Shown: positions 1 through 9,722 of the stretch, in pieces | Numbering within the stretch: position 1 is the stretch's first letter | Layout of the letters: each line of letters opens with the position of its first letter | NCBI RefSeq assembly: GCF_021378375.1 | Contig: NZ_CP076228.1 | Coordinates: 690,001 to 722,000 of the forward strand | Source: Wolbachia endosymbiont of Drosophila innubila | GTDB taxonomy: Bacteria; Pseudomonadota; Alphaproteobacteria; Rickettsiales; Anaplasmataceae | Length of the DNA: 32,000 nucleotides | Direction: 5' to 3' | Notes under the pieces: model-generated | The model's database searches: none | Seen by the model: only the letters and a program-made list of their open reading frames with translations | Told to the model about the DNA's origin: nothing | Position numbers and translations under genes: made by a program

Positions 1-232
1 AGCTTTCCAGAACATTAATAATATCGTTTACTCTATTGTTAGACGGTCCATCATCAAACGTAAGCGCAACAAACTTATCGTCGTTATTCAATAATTTTTT
101 TATATTACTTAAATTTCTATATGATAGATCTAGATTACAACTGAGCCCACAGTATGGTAAATTAAAATTACAATCACTACAAAAAGCCGTACTTGAATAT
201 AGTAAGAAAAAAGTGATTATCCTTATAAACAT
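1..232 (-). CDS. Secreted polysaccharide deacetylase (NodB-homology), N-terminal part, truncated by window edge
   Basis: Not in ORF track. Reverse-strand translation from ATG at 232: MFIRIITFFLLYSSTAFCSDCNFNLPYCGLSCNLDLSYRNLSNIKKLLNNDDKFVALTFDDGPSNNRVNDIINVLES... Signal peptide plus the TFDDGPS motif of NodB domains. Confidence 0.9.
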   Translation of the reverse strand, partial: MFIRIITFFLLYSSTAFCSDCNFNLPYCGLSCNLDLSYRNLSNIKKLLNNDDKFVALTFDDGPSNNRVNDIINVLES

Positions 233-354
233 TTGTAATCAGCAAAGTGATAGAATACTACACTTTTTTGCTAAGTTAAGCCATCTTTAATTGCTGTAGC
301 CTTTACTTCATCGCTTCTTTAATATATTGTATTAATAATTTTATATAATATATT

Positions 355-1863
355 ATGATTGCAAATATAAATACCGTTGCGCTTCAGGGAATTAGCACAG
401 TAAATGTCAATGCACAAATTCATATGGCAAATGGTATTCCAGCTTTTAATATTGTTGGATTGCCAGATAAAACTGTTGCGGAATCCAAAGAACGCATCAG
501 AGCAGCGTTAAATTCAATCAATCTACTACTACCTCCAAAAAGAATTACAGTTAATCTCTCCCCTGCGGATTTACTGAAAGAAGGTAGTCATTATGACTTG
601 GCTATTGCTATTGGACTACTTGTTGTAATGAATGTGATACCAGTTGAAAAAGTTCAGTCTTATATCATTATGGGTGAGCTTGCCCTTGATGGCAGAGTTA
701 TTCCAGTTTCAGGAGTGCTGCCAACAGCGATCAATGCAAAACAGGCAAATAAAGGAGTAATTTGCCCAAGGGGAAATGGAGTAGAGGCTTCATGGGTAAA
801 GAATGTTTCAATTCTAGCTATAGAGAAATTAACTGATATTATCAGACACTTTAAGGGTGAGCAATTAATTCAGCCAGTAATTTTTAAATATAGTGATGCA
901 CCCAAAGAAAAAAGATTGGTTCCCGATATGAAGGATATTAAAGGCCAAGTTGTTGCAAAAAGAGCAGCTGAAATTGCAGCAGCAGGTGGGCATAATATGC
1001 TTCTTGTTGGCCCTCCTGGTACTGGAAAATCAATGCTTGCTAAGCGCTTTATAGGATTGCTGCCTGATTTAACCGAACAGGAGATGATTGATGTTAATAT
1101 TATTTCCAGCATAACAAAAACTGGTAATGAAATATTCAAAGTAACTCGCCCCTTTCGTGAACCTCATCACTCATGTTCCATGCCAGCAATGATAGGAGGA
1201 GGAAAGAATGCAAAACCCGGAGAAATTACCATGGCTCACAATGGCGTGTTATTTCTTGATGAGCTACCTGAATTTCCAAGACTCGTGCTTGATTCTCTGC
1301 GCCAACCACTTGAAGATAGAAAAGTTACCGTTGCAAGGGCAAATGCTCACATAACCTACCCTGCCAATTTTCAACTGATAGCTGCAATGAACCCTTGCAG
1401 GTGCGGTTATTTAGGTGATGCAAGCAGATCGTGCAACAAAGCTCCAAAGTGTGGCACAGATTACAAAAACAAAATATCAGGCCCATTGCTTGATAGAATA
1501 GACATATGCATTGAAATGCCAAACGTTAGCATACTCTCTCCTGAAATCTCTGTGGAGGGAGAAAGTACTAAAATTATAAGAGAAAGAGTGATAGCAGCAA
1601 GAAAAGCTCAAACTGAGCGCTATAGTGAATTAAATATTCGTTGCAATTCAGAAGTAAGCGGTGAAGCATTTAATAAATTTACTGAACCAGATCAGGCAGG
1701 GTTAGAATTGCTAAAATACGTACTGAAAGAAAATTACATTTCCAATCGAGGCTACACACGCGTATTAAAAGTTGCAAGAACTATTGCAGATCTTGCAAAA
1801 AGTGAAGAAGTAAAAAGAGCACACATTGCTGAAGCGCTCAATTACAGAATAAAGGTATATTAA
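355..1863 (+). CDS. comM: YifB/ComM family Mg-chelatase-like AAA ATPase
   Basis: 502 aa; Walker A GPPGTGKS, ELPEFPR, N-terminal NTVALQGI...VNVNAQIHMANGIPAFNIVGLPD typical of YifB/ComM. Confidence 0.95.
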   Translation: MIANINTVALQGISTVNVNAQIHMANGIPAFNIVGLPDKTVAESKERIRAALNSINLLLPPKRITVNLSPADLLKEGSHYDLAIAIGLLVVMNVIPVEKVQSYIIMGELALDGRVIPVSGVLPTAINAKQANKGVICPRGNGVEASWVKNVSILAIEKLTDIIRHFKGEQLIQPVIFKYSDAPKEKRLVPDMKDIKGQVVAKRAAEIAAAGGHNMLLVGPPGTGKSMLAKRFIGLLPDLTEQEMIDVNIISSITKTGNEIFKVTRPFREPHHSCSMPAMIGGGKNAKPGEITMAHNGVLFLDELPEFPRLVLDSLRQPLEDRKVTVARANAHITYPANFQLIAAMNPCRCGYLGDASRSCNKAPKCGTDYKNKISGPLLDRIDICIEMPNVSILSPEISVEGESTKIIRERVIAARKAQTERYSELNIRCNSEVSGEAFNKFTEPDQAGLELLKYVLKENYISNRGYTRVLKVARTIADLAKSEEVKRAHIAEALNYRIKVY

Positions 1864-1946
1864 AAAATCAGTTTACTTGACAGGCAATTTTTTTTACTAT
1901 ATGCTTCCTTAATGAAATTTTAACATTCTATTGAAGGAGTAGAGTT

Positions 1947-2408
1947 ATGGCATTAACAAGTTATAAGTATGGAAAAGAGGATAGCATTTTTCATGCTATT
2001 TCAAAAGGATATATACAAGCTGAAAAATACTGGAAAATTCCTGGTGCTGCTGGTGGAGCTGGTCAGTACGCTATGCATAATAAAGGGAGAACAGCATTAT
2101 TTTCGCTTGCAGTTGCAAGTGTTGTCTTTACAGCAATGCATATGAAAGCAGGCTTTGTTAGTGCAGCAGAAGCTTCTGGGTTTCTTGCTAAGACTGCCAG
2201 TTACTTTGTTGGAACAAATCAAGCAATAGCTGCTTCATTACCTGGATTTATCAGAACAGGTGTTGCTGGTCAGATAGTTGCGGGTGCCATAATGGCAATT
2301 GCTGCAGTTGCTGCAGTTGCTGCTGTTTATGGAACATATCAAGTTGCCTCAAAATTAAAAGATGTTGCAGTTGAAGAATCGAAAGAGAAAGATCAGATAA
2401 CACAATAA
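1947..2408 (+). CDS. Small membrane protein of unknown function
   Basis: 153 aa, hydrophobic segments, RBS-like GAAGGAG just upstream, followed by a hairpin terminator. Confidence 0.75.
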   Translation: MALTSYKYGKEDSIFHAISKGYIQAEKYWKIPGAAGGAGQYAMHNKGRTALFSLAVASVVFTAMHMKAGFVSAAEASGFLAKTASYFVGTNQAIAASLPGFIRTGVAGQIVAGAIMAIAAVAAVAAVYGTYQVASKLKDVAVEESKEKDQITQ

Positions 2409-2421
2409 TCTTCAACAAAAT

Positions 2422-2449
2422 AAAAAGGGATAGGTTTCTGTCCCTTTTT
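2422..2449 (+). terminator. Probable rho-independent terminator
   Basis: AAAAAGGGA-loop-TCCCTTTTT hairpin ending in a T run just after the 1947..2408 ORF. Confidence 0.6.
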
Positions 2450-2653
2450 ATAAACGTTTTCTATTTTTTGCATCGGTTAAGTGATGTCATCTAAGAATCT
2501 AGTTATTATAATTAACGGCACTTATTAGTATAAATGTTAAGAATAAGTAAATCCCGTTTACTATTTACGCCTATAGAAGTGAAAAGTATTTGCATATTAT
2601 TAAAAAAGCGGTAACTTATTATCAAGTGAATTCGCTAAATTTGAGTAATTTAA

Positions 2654-3850
2654 ATGTCTATTGATCTTAGTCTGCCGGAGTTGCCTATATTACACCCAAG
2701 GATTACCGTTGTGGGAGTGGGTGGTGCTGGTGGAAATGCTGTGAATAACATGATCCAATCTAATTTGCAAGGAGTGAATTTTGTTGTCGCAAATACCGAT
2801 GCTCAAGCACTAGAAAAGTCGTTATGTGATAAAAAAATTCAGCTTGGCATTAATTTAACTAAGGGGCTTGGTGCTGGTGCTTTGCCTGATGTTGGCAAAG
2901 GTGCAGCAGAAGAGTCAATTGATGAGATTATGGAGCATATAAAAGATAGTCATATGCTTTTCATCACAGCAGGAATGGGCGGTGGTACTGGAACCGGTGC
3001 AGCACCGGTAATTGCAAAAGCAGCCAGAGAAGCAAGAGCCGCAGTTAAGGATAGAGCGCCAAAAGAAAAAAAGATATTGACTGTTGGAGTTGTAACTAAA
3101 CCGTTCGGTTTTGAAGGTGTGCGCCGTATGCGCATTGCAGAGCTTGGACTTGAAGAACTGCAAAAATACGTGGATACACTTATTGTCATTCCAAATCAGA
3201 ATTTATTTAGAATTGCAAATGAAAAAACTACATTTTCTGATGCATTTAAACTTGCTGATAATGTTCTGCACATTGGCATCAGAGGAGTAACTGACTTGAT
3301 GGTCATGCCAGGGCTTATCAATCTTGACTTCGCTGATATAGAAACAGTAATGAGCGAGATGGGCAAAGCGATGATCGGCACCGGAGAGGCAGAAGGAGAA
3401 GATAGAGCAATTAGTGCTGCAGAGGCTGCAATATCTAATCCATTGCTTGATAATGTATCAATGAAAGGTGCGCAAGGAATATTAATTAACATTACTGGTG
3501 GCGGAGATATGACTCTGTTTGAAGTTGATGCTGCAGCCAATAGAGTGCGTGAAGAAGTAGATGAAAATGCAAATATAATATTTGGTGCTACTTTTGATCA
3601 AGCGATGGAGGGAAGAGTTAGAGTTTCTGTTCTTGCAACTGGCATTGATGGTCGCAATAATAAATCAGAAACTTCACCTATAAGTCAGAGCGAAGACTCA
3701 GAGAAAGAGAAATTTAAGTGGCCATATAGTCAAAGTGAAAGTACACAAGACAAAACACTGGAAACAAAACCAGCTGAACAGGTAAGCGAAGGAGCTAAGT
3801 GGGGCAGCAATATCTATGATATACCAGCTTACTTAAGAAGAAAAAAATAA
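2654..3850 (+). CDS. ftsZ: Cell division protein FtsZ
   Basis: 398 aa; tubulin signature [15 protein letters not shown]-terminal [18 protein letters not shown], conserved C-terminal DIPAYLRRK. Confidence 0.98.
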   Translation: MSIDLSLPELPILHPRITVVGVGGAGGNAVNNMIQSNLQGVNFVVANTDAQALEKSLCDKKIQLGINLTKGLGAGALPDVGKGAAEESIDEIMEHIKDSHMLFITAGMGGGTGTGAAPVIAKAAREARAAVKDRAPKEKKILTVGVVTKPFGFEGVRRMRIAELGLEELQKYVDTLIVIPNQNLFRIANEKTTFSDAFKLADNVLHIGIRGVTDLMVMPGLINLDFADIETVMSEMGKAMIGTGEAEGEDRAISAAEAAISNPLLDNVSMKGAQGILINITGGGDMTLFEVDAAANRVREEVDENANIIFGATFDQAMEGRVRVSVLATGIDGRNNKSETSPISQSEDSEKEKFKWPYSQSESTQDKTLETKPAEQVSEGAKWGSNIYDIPAYLRRKK

Positions 3851-4248
3851 TGCAATTTTGGCTACTTAAGTCAGAGCCAAGTGAATACTCATGGCAAAAA
3901 ATGGAAAAGGAGCAGGTAGTTGAGTGGGATGGTGTGCGCAATTATCAAGCTCAAAATTACATGAAAATTATGAAAGCAAGCGATCTTGCGTTTTTTTATC
4001 ATACAGGTAAAGAGAAAGCAATACTTGGAATCGTTGAAGTATTTAAAGAGTATTATCATGTTAATGATCCCAAGTTCGGATTAGTGAATGTAAAGTTTTT
4101 GAAACTTTTAAATAACCAAGTAACGTTAAATAATATAAAACAAAACCCACTTTTGAAAAATATGACTATATTAAAACAACCACGTTTATCAATTGCCCCA
4201 GTTTCGGAAATTGAATGGAATGAAATAATAAGGATGAGTGATGTGTAA
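3850..4248 (+). CDS. EVE domain-containing protein
   Basis: 132 aa; [15 protein letters not shown]...WDGVRNYQAQNYMKIMKASDLAFFYHTGKEKAILGIVEV; start overlaps the ftsZ stop by 1 nt. Confidence 0.9.
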   Translation: MQFWLLKSEPSEYSWQKMEKEQVVEWDGVRNYQAQNYMKIMKASDLAFFYHTGKEKAILGIVEVFKEYYHVNDPKFGLVNVKFLKLLNNQVTLNNIKQNPLLKNMTILKQPRLSIAPVSEIEWNEIIRMSDV

Positions 4249-4294
4249 TACCTGTCATTTCAGTTCCTAAATGATGTCATCTCAGCACACAACG

Positions 4295-4549
4295 CACAGC
4301 TGTATGAATATTTGTCTCGAAGGCAGTGCATTAAACGTTATAGCCGATTTTGCATCAAACACAAAGGTGTCATTCCAGTGCTTGACACTGGAATCCAGCC
4401 TTAATGCAACCACATTAAAGCCGTTGTGTTTTAATATAAGATTAGCTACTTTTATATTCACTAACTTGATGTCTAATCAAAATTCCTGGATCCCAGTGCC
4501 TAGACACTGGGATGACATCCTTCTAGTGTACAATATTCGTACAGTTGTG
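4295..4549. repeat. MITE-like repeat with inverted end motifs and internal hairpins (copy A)
   Basis: End motifs CACAGCTGTATGAATATTT (4295..) and reverse complement of CAATATTCGTACAGTTGTG (4531..4549), 16/19 identical; internal hairpins ATTCCAGTG-CTTGA-CACTGGAAT and ATCCCAGTG-CCTAGA-CACTGGGAT. Confidence 0.65.
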
Positions 4550-4632
4550 TACATGACACAAGGGTCTATAACTCTTCTTTTTTGGATTCCAGTGTCAGCT
4601 ATTTGCATGACACCCTTACTGATGTGTCACTC

Positions 4633-5085
4633 ATGTTAGAAGTAAATATTCTTGACAAGAAATGGTGCAGCATTATAGAAAATCCTAAAAATTTTGTATT
4701 AGGTGTCATCAATGCTTCTCTAAAAGAATTAAAAATAGACCACTATAAACCAAATATATCAATAGCTCTGGCTGATGATGACTTGCTACATCAACTTAAT
4801 TTAAAATTTAGAGAAATGGATAAGCCAACTAACGTACTATCATTTCCGTATGAACAATTGTCTAATGAGTGCGATTTAGGAGACATAGCAATTTCAATAG
4901 ACACAATAAAAAGAGAATCGCATGAGTATTATATACCCATTCTTGCTCACATTGCACACATGTTAGTGCATGGATTACTGCATTTACTTGGTTATGATCA
5001 CCAAAAAAAAGATGAAGAAATTATAATGAAAAATCTAGAAAGAGAGATTTTAGCTTCGCTTGGCTACAATATGTGTGCGATTTAA
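4633..5085 (+). CDS. ybeY: Endoribonuclease YbeY (rRNA maturation)
   Basis: [15 protein letters not shown] zinc-binding motif; start at the internal ATG ([10 protein letters not shown]) preferred over 4582 because the upstream part lies in repeat-derived sequence. Confidence 0.92.
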
Positions 5086-5171
5086 AAGGAATTTAATAAA
5101 AATATAGTAGATGATAATAAAATATGTTATCTACAAAGGGTTTTAGCTATAAACAATAAAAGGTAAGTGAT

Positions 5172-5960
5172 ATGGTTCAGTTTTCTTTGCCAAAGAATTC
5201 TAAAATTAATCAAAAGGGCAAAATTTATCCTATTCCTGCTAGAGCAAAAAACATCAGAAGATTTCAAATTTACCGTTGGTCTGCTGATGACGAGAAAAAC
5301 CCTAGAATAGACACATTTTTTATTGATATGGATAGTTGTGGCCCTATGGTACTTGATGCATTAATAAAAATAAAGGATGAAATAGATTCGACTTTAACTT
5401 TCAGACGTTCTTGTAGAGAAGGCATATGTGGATCTTGTGCCATGAATATTGACGGAACCAATACTCTTGCATGTACTAGATCTATACATGATATAAAAGG
5501 TGACGTAAAAATATATCCATTACCTCACATGTATGTAATAAAGGACCTAGTCTCGGATTTGAGCCAATTTTATGAGCAATACAAATCAATTAAACCTTGG
5601 TTACAAGCAGATAAGCCTGCCCTACCAAATAAAGAATACTCTCAATCTTCTGAAGATAGAAAAAAATTAGATGGCTTGTCCGACTGTATATTATGTGCTT
5701 GCTGTTCGACTGGTTGCCCAAGCTACTGGTGGAATAGTGATAAATTTTTAGGACCAGCAATACTATTACAAGCTTACAGATGGATTGCTGACAGCCGTGA
5801 TAATAAGACAGGTGAAAGACTTGATGTTTTAAACGACCCATTCAAGTTGTATCGTTGTCATACAATAATGAATTGCACAAAAACTTGTCCTAAAGGACTT
5901 AATCCAGCAAGAGCAATAGCGAAAGTAAAACAGCTCATGGTAGAGAGAGAAGGAGTTTAA
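5172..5960 (+). CDS. sdhB: Succinate dehydrogenase iron-sulfur subunit
   Basis: 262 aa; 2Fe-2S motif [13 protein letters not shown] and C-terminal ferredoxin motifs [33 protein letters not shown]. Confidence 0.97.
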   Translation: MVQFSLPKNSKINQKGKIYPIPARAKNIRRFQIYRWSADDEKNPRIDTFFIDMDSCGPMVLDALIKIKDEIDSTLTFRRSCREGICGSCAMNIDGTNTLACTRSIHDIKGDVKIYPLPHMYVIKDLVSDLSQFYEQYKSIKPWLQADKPALPNKEYSQSSEDRKKLDGLSDCILCACCSTGCPSYWWNSDKFLGPAILLQAYRWIADSRDNKTGERLDVLNDPFKLYRCHTIMNCTKTCPKGLNPARAIAKVKQLMVEREGV

Positions 5961-5963
5961 GTA

Positions 5964-7100
5964 TTATCTTTTGCATTCTTCGTAAGAGAACAGCAAACCT
6001 TCCGAAGCGTAGGGTATTGTTAATACCCTGAACGCTTTTCCGTTTGTGAAGTGCATCGTATCATCGTACGATTCAAATAATTTTTTGAACAACTCATGTC
6101 TTTGGTTACTAATAGTTTGAAAATCCTCTTTTTCTAAAAGCTTTTTAGATTCGAAGAGGTAAAGCATAACTTCGTGATAAGTTGGGTAAGATGCCAAAAA
6201 TTTTGGGTCAAATTGAAAGGTTTTTATAAAAGCATTATTATAAAATTTTAGCTTTTGATTCTTACTATATATTACTATAGCAACCGGTAACCTCTCAAGC
6301 AAGTTTTTCTGTGTAGCTAAATAACTGTTTAATTCAGTATATAATTTCTCTGCATCACTAACATCTTTCCCATACATTACTATGCTACCAGAAACTTGTA
6401 TTGGAATTTTAACAAAATCGAAAACCTTAGGTTCGTTCTTATAAGTTATGACATGTCTTCCTGGTTTTGTGCTATGAGCGCTACCGGTAATAGCAAATTT
6501 CTTAGAACCATCTACATATTTATCATAAAACAAGTTATAAAATTCCACCTTTCTACTCTTGTTATATCTTAGTATTGGAAATGGTAAAGAGTTGAAAACG
6601 TTTTTATAGCTCTCCACTTCCTGTGTAAGCTTACTATTTTCTAACTCAAGTCCGTTAGCCTTTATCTTACAGTCTGAGACATTCCTTATCCATAACAGCA
6701 CACCTATCACATTGTTAGAATCATCTATTATGCTTCTACCGTAACATATGCAATAAACCTCACTGTCTTTTGACTTTAAATCTAGAGTAAAAGATTTATT
6801 TATTTCCTTTGCCTCAACAAAATTTTTGATTAAGCTTTCTGATTGCTCAAAAAAATTCACAAACTCATTAAATGAGTAAAAAACAGTATTAAGCAAAATT
6901 AGTAAATTGGGAGAGAACTTTTCTATACGTTTTTTTGCATCCCAAATATAAAACCCATCATTCACAGTATCAATTAAATTATTTATGATAACATTTTGAT
7001 GCTGTAAGTTCTTAATCTTATTACTAATTTTTAATTTAGAATAAGAGAGAAAGAATAATATTAGAATCAATATTAAAACCACTTCATACAAAAAAAACAT
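5964..7100 (-). CDS. Membrane-anchored PAS-domain protein without a recognisable kinase domain
   Basis: 378 aa; N-terminal TM helix, then PAS-like segments (NVIINNLIDTVNDGFYIWDAKKRIEKFSPN; VFNSLPFPILRYNKSRKVEFYN; LLERLPVAIVIYSKNQKLKFYN); ORF ends without H-box or N/G-box ATPase motifs. Confidence 0.75.
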   Translation of the reverse strand: MFFLYEVVLILILILFFLSYSKLKISNKIKNLQHQNVIINNLIDTVNDGFYIWDAKKRIEKFSPNLLILLNTVFYSFNEFVNFFEQSESLIKNFVEAKEINKSFTLDLKSKDSEVYCICYGRSIIDDSNNVIGVLLWIRNVSDCKIKANGLELENSKLTQEVESYKNVFNSLPFPILRYNKSRKVEFYNLFYDKYVDGSKKFAITGSAHSTKPGRHVITYKNEPKVFDFVKIPIQVSGSIVMYGKDVSDAEKLYTELNSYLATQKNLLERLPVAIVIYSKNQKLKFYNNAFIKTFQFDPKFLASYPTYHEVMLYLFESKKLLEKEDFQTISNQRHELFKKLFESYDDTMHFTNGKAFRVLTIPYASEGLLFSYEECKR

Positions 7101-7142
7101 AGCACTTTTAAAACAAATGTAAAAATTTGTAACCGCTCAGAA

Positions 7143-7922
7143 TTATGCTGAAGAGGTATATAAGTAAAGATTGCCTAACATTTGAAAGCCCAATCTCTTA
7201 TAAAGGTTCACAGAAGATTTCATACAATGTGCTACTATATATTTGCATTCAAGCTGTTTAGCTATCTTTATTCTTTCTAAAACCATTTGGGTACCTATTC
7301 CACGATTCCTGTAAATTGGTAAAACTCCATCACTATAAAAACCAGCTACGCTATCTTGAACATAAAGACCGCATGTCCCAATAATTTCATTATTTAGTGT
7401 TACAAGAAAAAATCTTAATCTTGAGTTCTTATCATCATAATTTGATAATCCGCGAAAAAATGTGCTGACAATTCCAACGCCATGATAAAAAATTTTAGAA
7501 GTGTGTAGATCTAACTGTTCTAAGAGGTTGCTACCATTCACAGCATTTAACCTCAAGTTTGGAATAACATCAGCAGGTAAAAAGTAATTTTTCATATTAA
7601 GTAAAGCTTTTTTTTGTGTGCTAACGTGTTTTATTTCACACTTTTCTAAAATATCTCTTATTTTCATATGTGAATTTATTACCCATGTTGCTTCTATATC
7701 TCTTGTTCTGAGATAATCTAGAGTTTTTTGTATAGAAAGCTCGGTACATTGATCTCCACAGAACACAAAATTAAATAATGACTCCCTGGTACCATTTATT
7801 GTAAATATGATGTTATCAAATTCATCGTGTACTTCCCACTCAGATAAATTCGCTGTGTACAGTATATAATCCTTTAGATTTTGAACAATTAAGCTTGAAT
7901 AATAAATTTTTTTATCCTGCAT
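7143..7922 (-). CDS. GNAT-family N-acetyltransferase
   Basis: 259 aa; C-terminal acetyl-CoA binding region VLPIYRNRGIGTQMVLERIKIAKQ...VNLYKRLGFQMLG. Confidence 0.85.
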   Translation of the reverse strand: MQDKKIYYSSLIVQNLKDYILYTANLSEWEVHDEFDNIIFTINGTRESLFNFVFCGDQCTELSIQKTLDYLRTRDIEATWVINSHMKIRDILEKCEIKHVSTQKKALLNMKNYFLPADVIPNLRLNAVNGSNLLEQLDLHTSKIFYHGVGIVSTFFRGLSNYDDKNSRLRFFLVTLNNEIIGTCGLYVQDSVAGFYSDGVLPIYRNRGIGTQMVLERIKIAKQLECKYIVAHCMKSSVNLYKRLGFQMLGNLYLYTSSA

Positions 7923-8394
7923 ACACCAACAATAAACAATAAAAGGCTCCTATAAGAACACAGGCTAAAATTGCAGCTATAACGTCATCTAGCATAATAC
8001 CTAAAGGACCTTTGGTATTTTTATCGATTAAATTTATAGGCCACGTTTTTATTATATCAAAAAACCTAAAAGAAAAAAAGCACAACAACAATGAAGAACA
8101 ATTCATCTCTTGGCTTAACAATATCGAAACTAAAAGTATCGTCAGCAATTGACCAACCACTTCGTCAATTACTACCTCTTTTGGATCACATGAAGTCTTG
8201 TAATGTTTTATATAATTACCTGTAGACCATAATCCAATTAAGAATAAAAAAGAAATAATTGCTGCACCTAAAATTTTGTTGCTCAGGATTACAGGAACAA
8301 GCGGAAAAGAAGCCAAACTACCCACAGTACCTGGCATTTTTTTTACTGTTCCAGACAGCCACCACGTTGACATTAATTTATATAAAAATTTCAC
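7912..8394 (-). CDS. pgpA: Phosphatidylglycerophosphatase A
   Basis: 160 aa; GTVKKMPGTVGSLASFPL, DPKEVVIDEVVGQL and RFFDIIKTWPI match the PgpA family. Confidence 0.92.
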   Translation of the reverse strand: MKFLYKLMSTWWLSGTVKKMPGTVGSLASFPLVPVILSNKILGAAIISFLFLIGLWSTGNYIKHYKTSCDPKEVVIDEVVGQLLTILLVSILLSQEMNCSSLLLCFFSFRFFDIIKTWPINLIDKNTKGPLGIMLDDVIAAILACVLIGAFYCLLLVYAG

Positions 8395-8413
8395 AATATA
8401 TCCAAATACAAAA

Positions 8414-9397
8414 TTAACTTATAAGCACAGAAAGAGTATCCTCTATAGAGGCGCTTTCATACAATAATCTATAGACCGCTTCACATATAGGCATTTTTAT
8501 CTTTAGCTTTCCTGCTAAATTAAATATGGACTCAGCAGTGCTAAAACCTTCAATCACTGACTTGCCTTCTGACAAAATCTGCTGAACATTAAAGCCATTG
8601 TCACTATTACCTATTTTAAACCCAAAAGATAAGTTTCTTGAATTCAAGGATGTGCATGTCATAATTAGGTCACCCAGACATGCTGGCCCAAGTAGTGTAT
8701 TTATATCCACACTACCGTCACCAATTTTTGCTGAGTATAAAGCCTTAATTTCGCTCATACTTTTCGTAATCAATGCTGCATGAGCATTAAACCCAAGTTT
8801 ACTACCTAGAACAATCCCACACGCTATAGCAAAAACGTTCTTTAACGCTGCACAAATCTGTACTCCTATAATGTCGTTACTAAACTCCAATTTAACATTT
8901 TCTTGTTGCAGCTCTGATACTAGCTTTGAACCTAATGTGTTATTTTGGCATGCAAGAACCATTGAATAGGGTAATTTTCTTGCAACTTCTACAGCAAAGC
9001 TAGGACCTGAAAAAATAGCAATAGGATTGTTAGGTAAAATTTCATTTACTATTTCACTAGGTAATTTTAATGTAGACTTTTCTATTCCCTTACAAGCTAA
9101 AATTATTGCTACATCTTTTTTCAGATTACAATTATGCAATTGCTGACATACCTTCCTCAGAGACTGAGTGGGAACAGCGAGGATTGTTACTGAAGCATTA
9201 ATTATGTCTTCAATAGCCAATTTTACTGACACATTATCAGAAATTCGACAACCGGGTAGCTTGTCACTTTCTCTTTTCCCGTTGATTGATTCAAATGTAG
9301 TTTCATTGTGAGTCCACAAAATCACATCTTTCTTACTACCTAATGAAATTGCGATTGCTGTACCCCATGCACCAGCACCTAAAATTGATATTGCCAC
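8414..9397 (-). CDS. gpsA: Glycerol-3-phosphate dehydrogenase [NAD(P)+]
   Basis: 327 aa; N-terminal ISILGAGAWGTAIAISL; FSGPSFAVEVARKLPYSMVLA and LLGPACLGDLIMTCTS. Confidence 0.96.
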   Translation of the reverse strand: MAISILGAGAWGTAIAISLGSKKDVILWTHNETTFESINGKRESDKLPGCRISDNVSVKLAIEDIINASVTILAVPTQSLRKVCQQLHNCNLKKDVAIILACKGIEKSTLKLPSEIVNEILPNNPIAIFSGPSFAVEVARKLPYSMVLACQNNTLGSKLVSELQQENVKLEFSNDIIGVQICAALKNVFAIACGIVLGSKLGFNAHAALITKSMSEIKALYSAKIGDGSVDINTLLGPACLGDLIMTCTSLNSRNLSFGFKIGNSDNGFNVQQILSEGKSVIEGFSTAESIFNLAGKLKIKMPICEAVYRLLYESASIEDTLSVLIS

Positions 9398-9478
9398 ACA
9401 ATATTCCTGAAAATATTACTTATACTTTAAAATAGTAGGATAAGTAAATTAAAAATATAACACAGACATATAGAATAG

Positions 9479-9493
9479 TTAAATATTTATTAA
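9479..9493. promoter_or_regulatory. Candidate CtrA box (TTAA-N7-TTAA) upstream of ctrA
   Basis: TTAAATATTTATTAA fits TTAA-N7-TTAA exactly; the context is very AT-rich, so a chance match is possible. Confidence 0.3.
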
Positions 9494-9722
9494 CCGAAGT
9501 ATTCTTTTAATAATAGTAACTTTAATTCAATATTTACTAAAAATATTATTACTATCATGGTATGTCTATTATATTTTAGATCTATTTATATAACTTTGGA
9601 ACAATATATTTACTATTAATTAATAAGTGTAATTTTGATCATTTGTTAATAAAAATTTGATTTATTACTTTCCTTAGTTATATATATTACTAAAATTATA
9701 AATTATTTATGGGGTGTAAAAT

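Noticed and set aside
36-290. 84-aa plus-strand ORF at left edge
   Set aside because: Shadow of the minus-strand polysaccharide deacetylase gene.
870-1522. Minus-strand ORFs within comM
   Set aside because: Antisense shadows of a strongly supported coding sequence; same reasoning applies to the minus-strand ORFs inside ftsZ, lpdA, the porin and other genes.
4271-4639. 122-aa plus-strand ORF before ybeY
   Set aside because: Almost entirely MITE/hairpin repeat sequence; overlaps the true ybeY start and has no protein family features.
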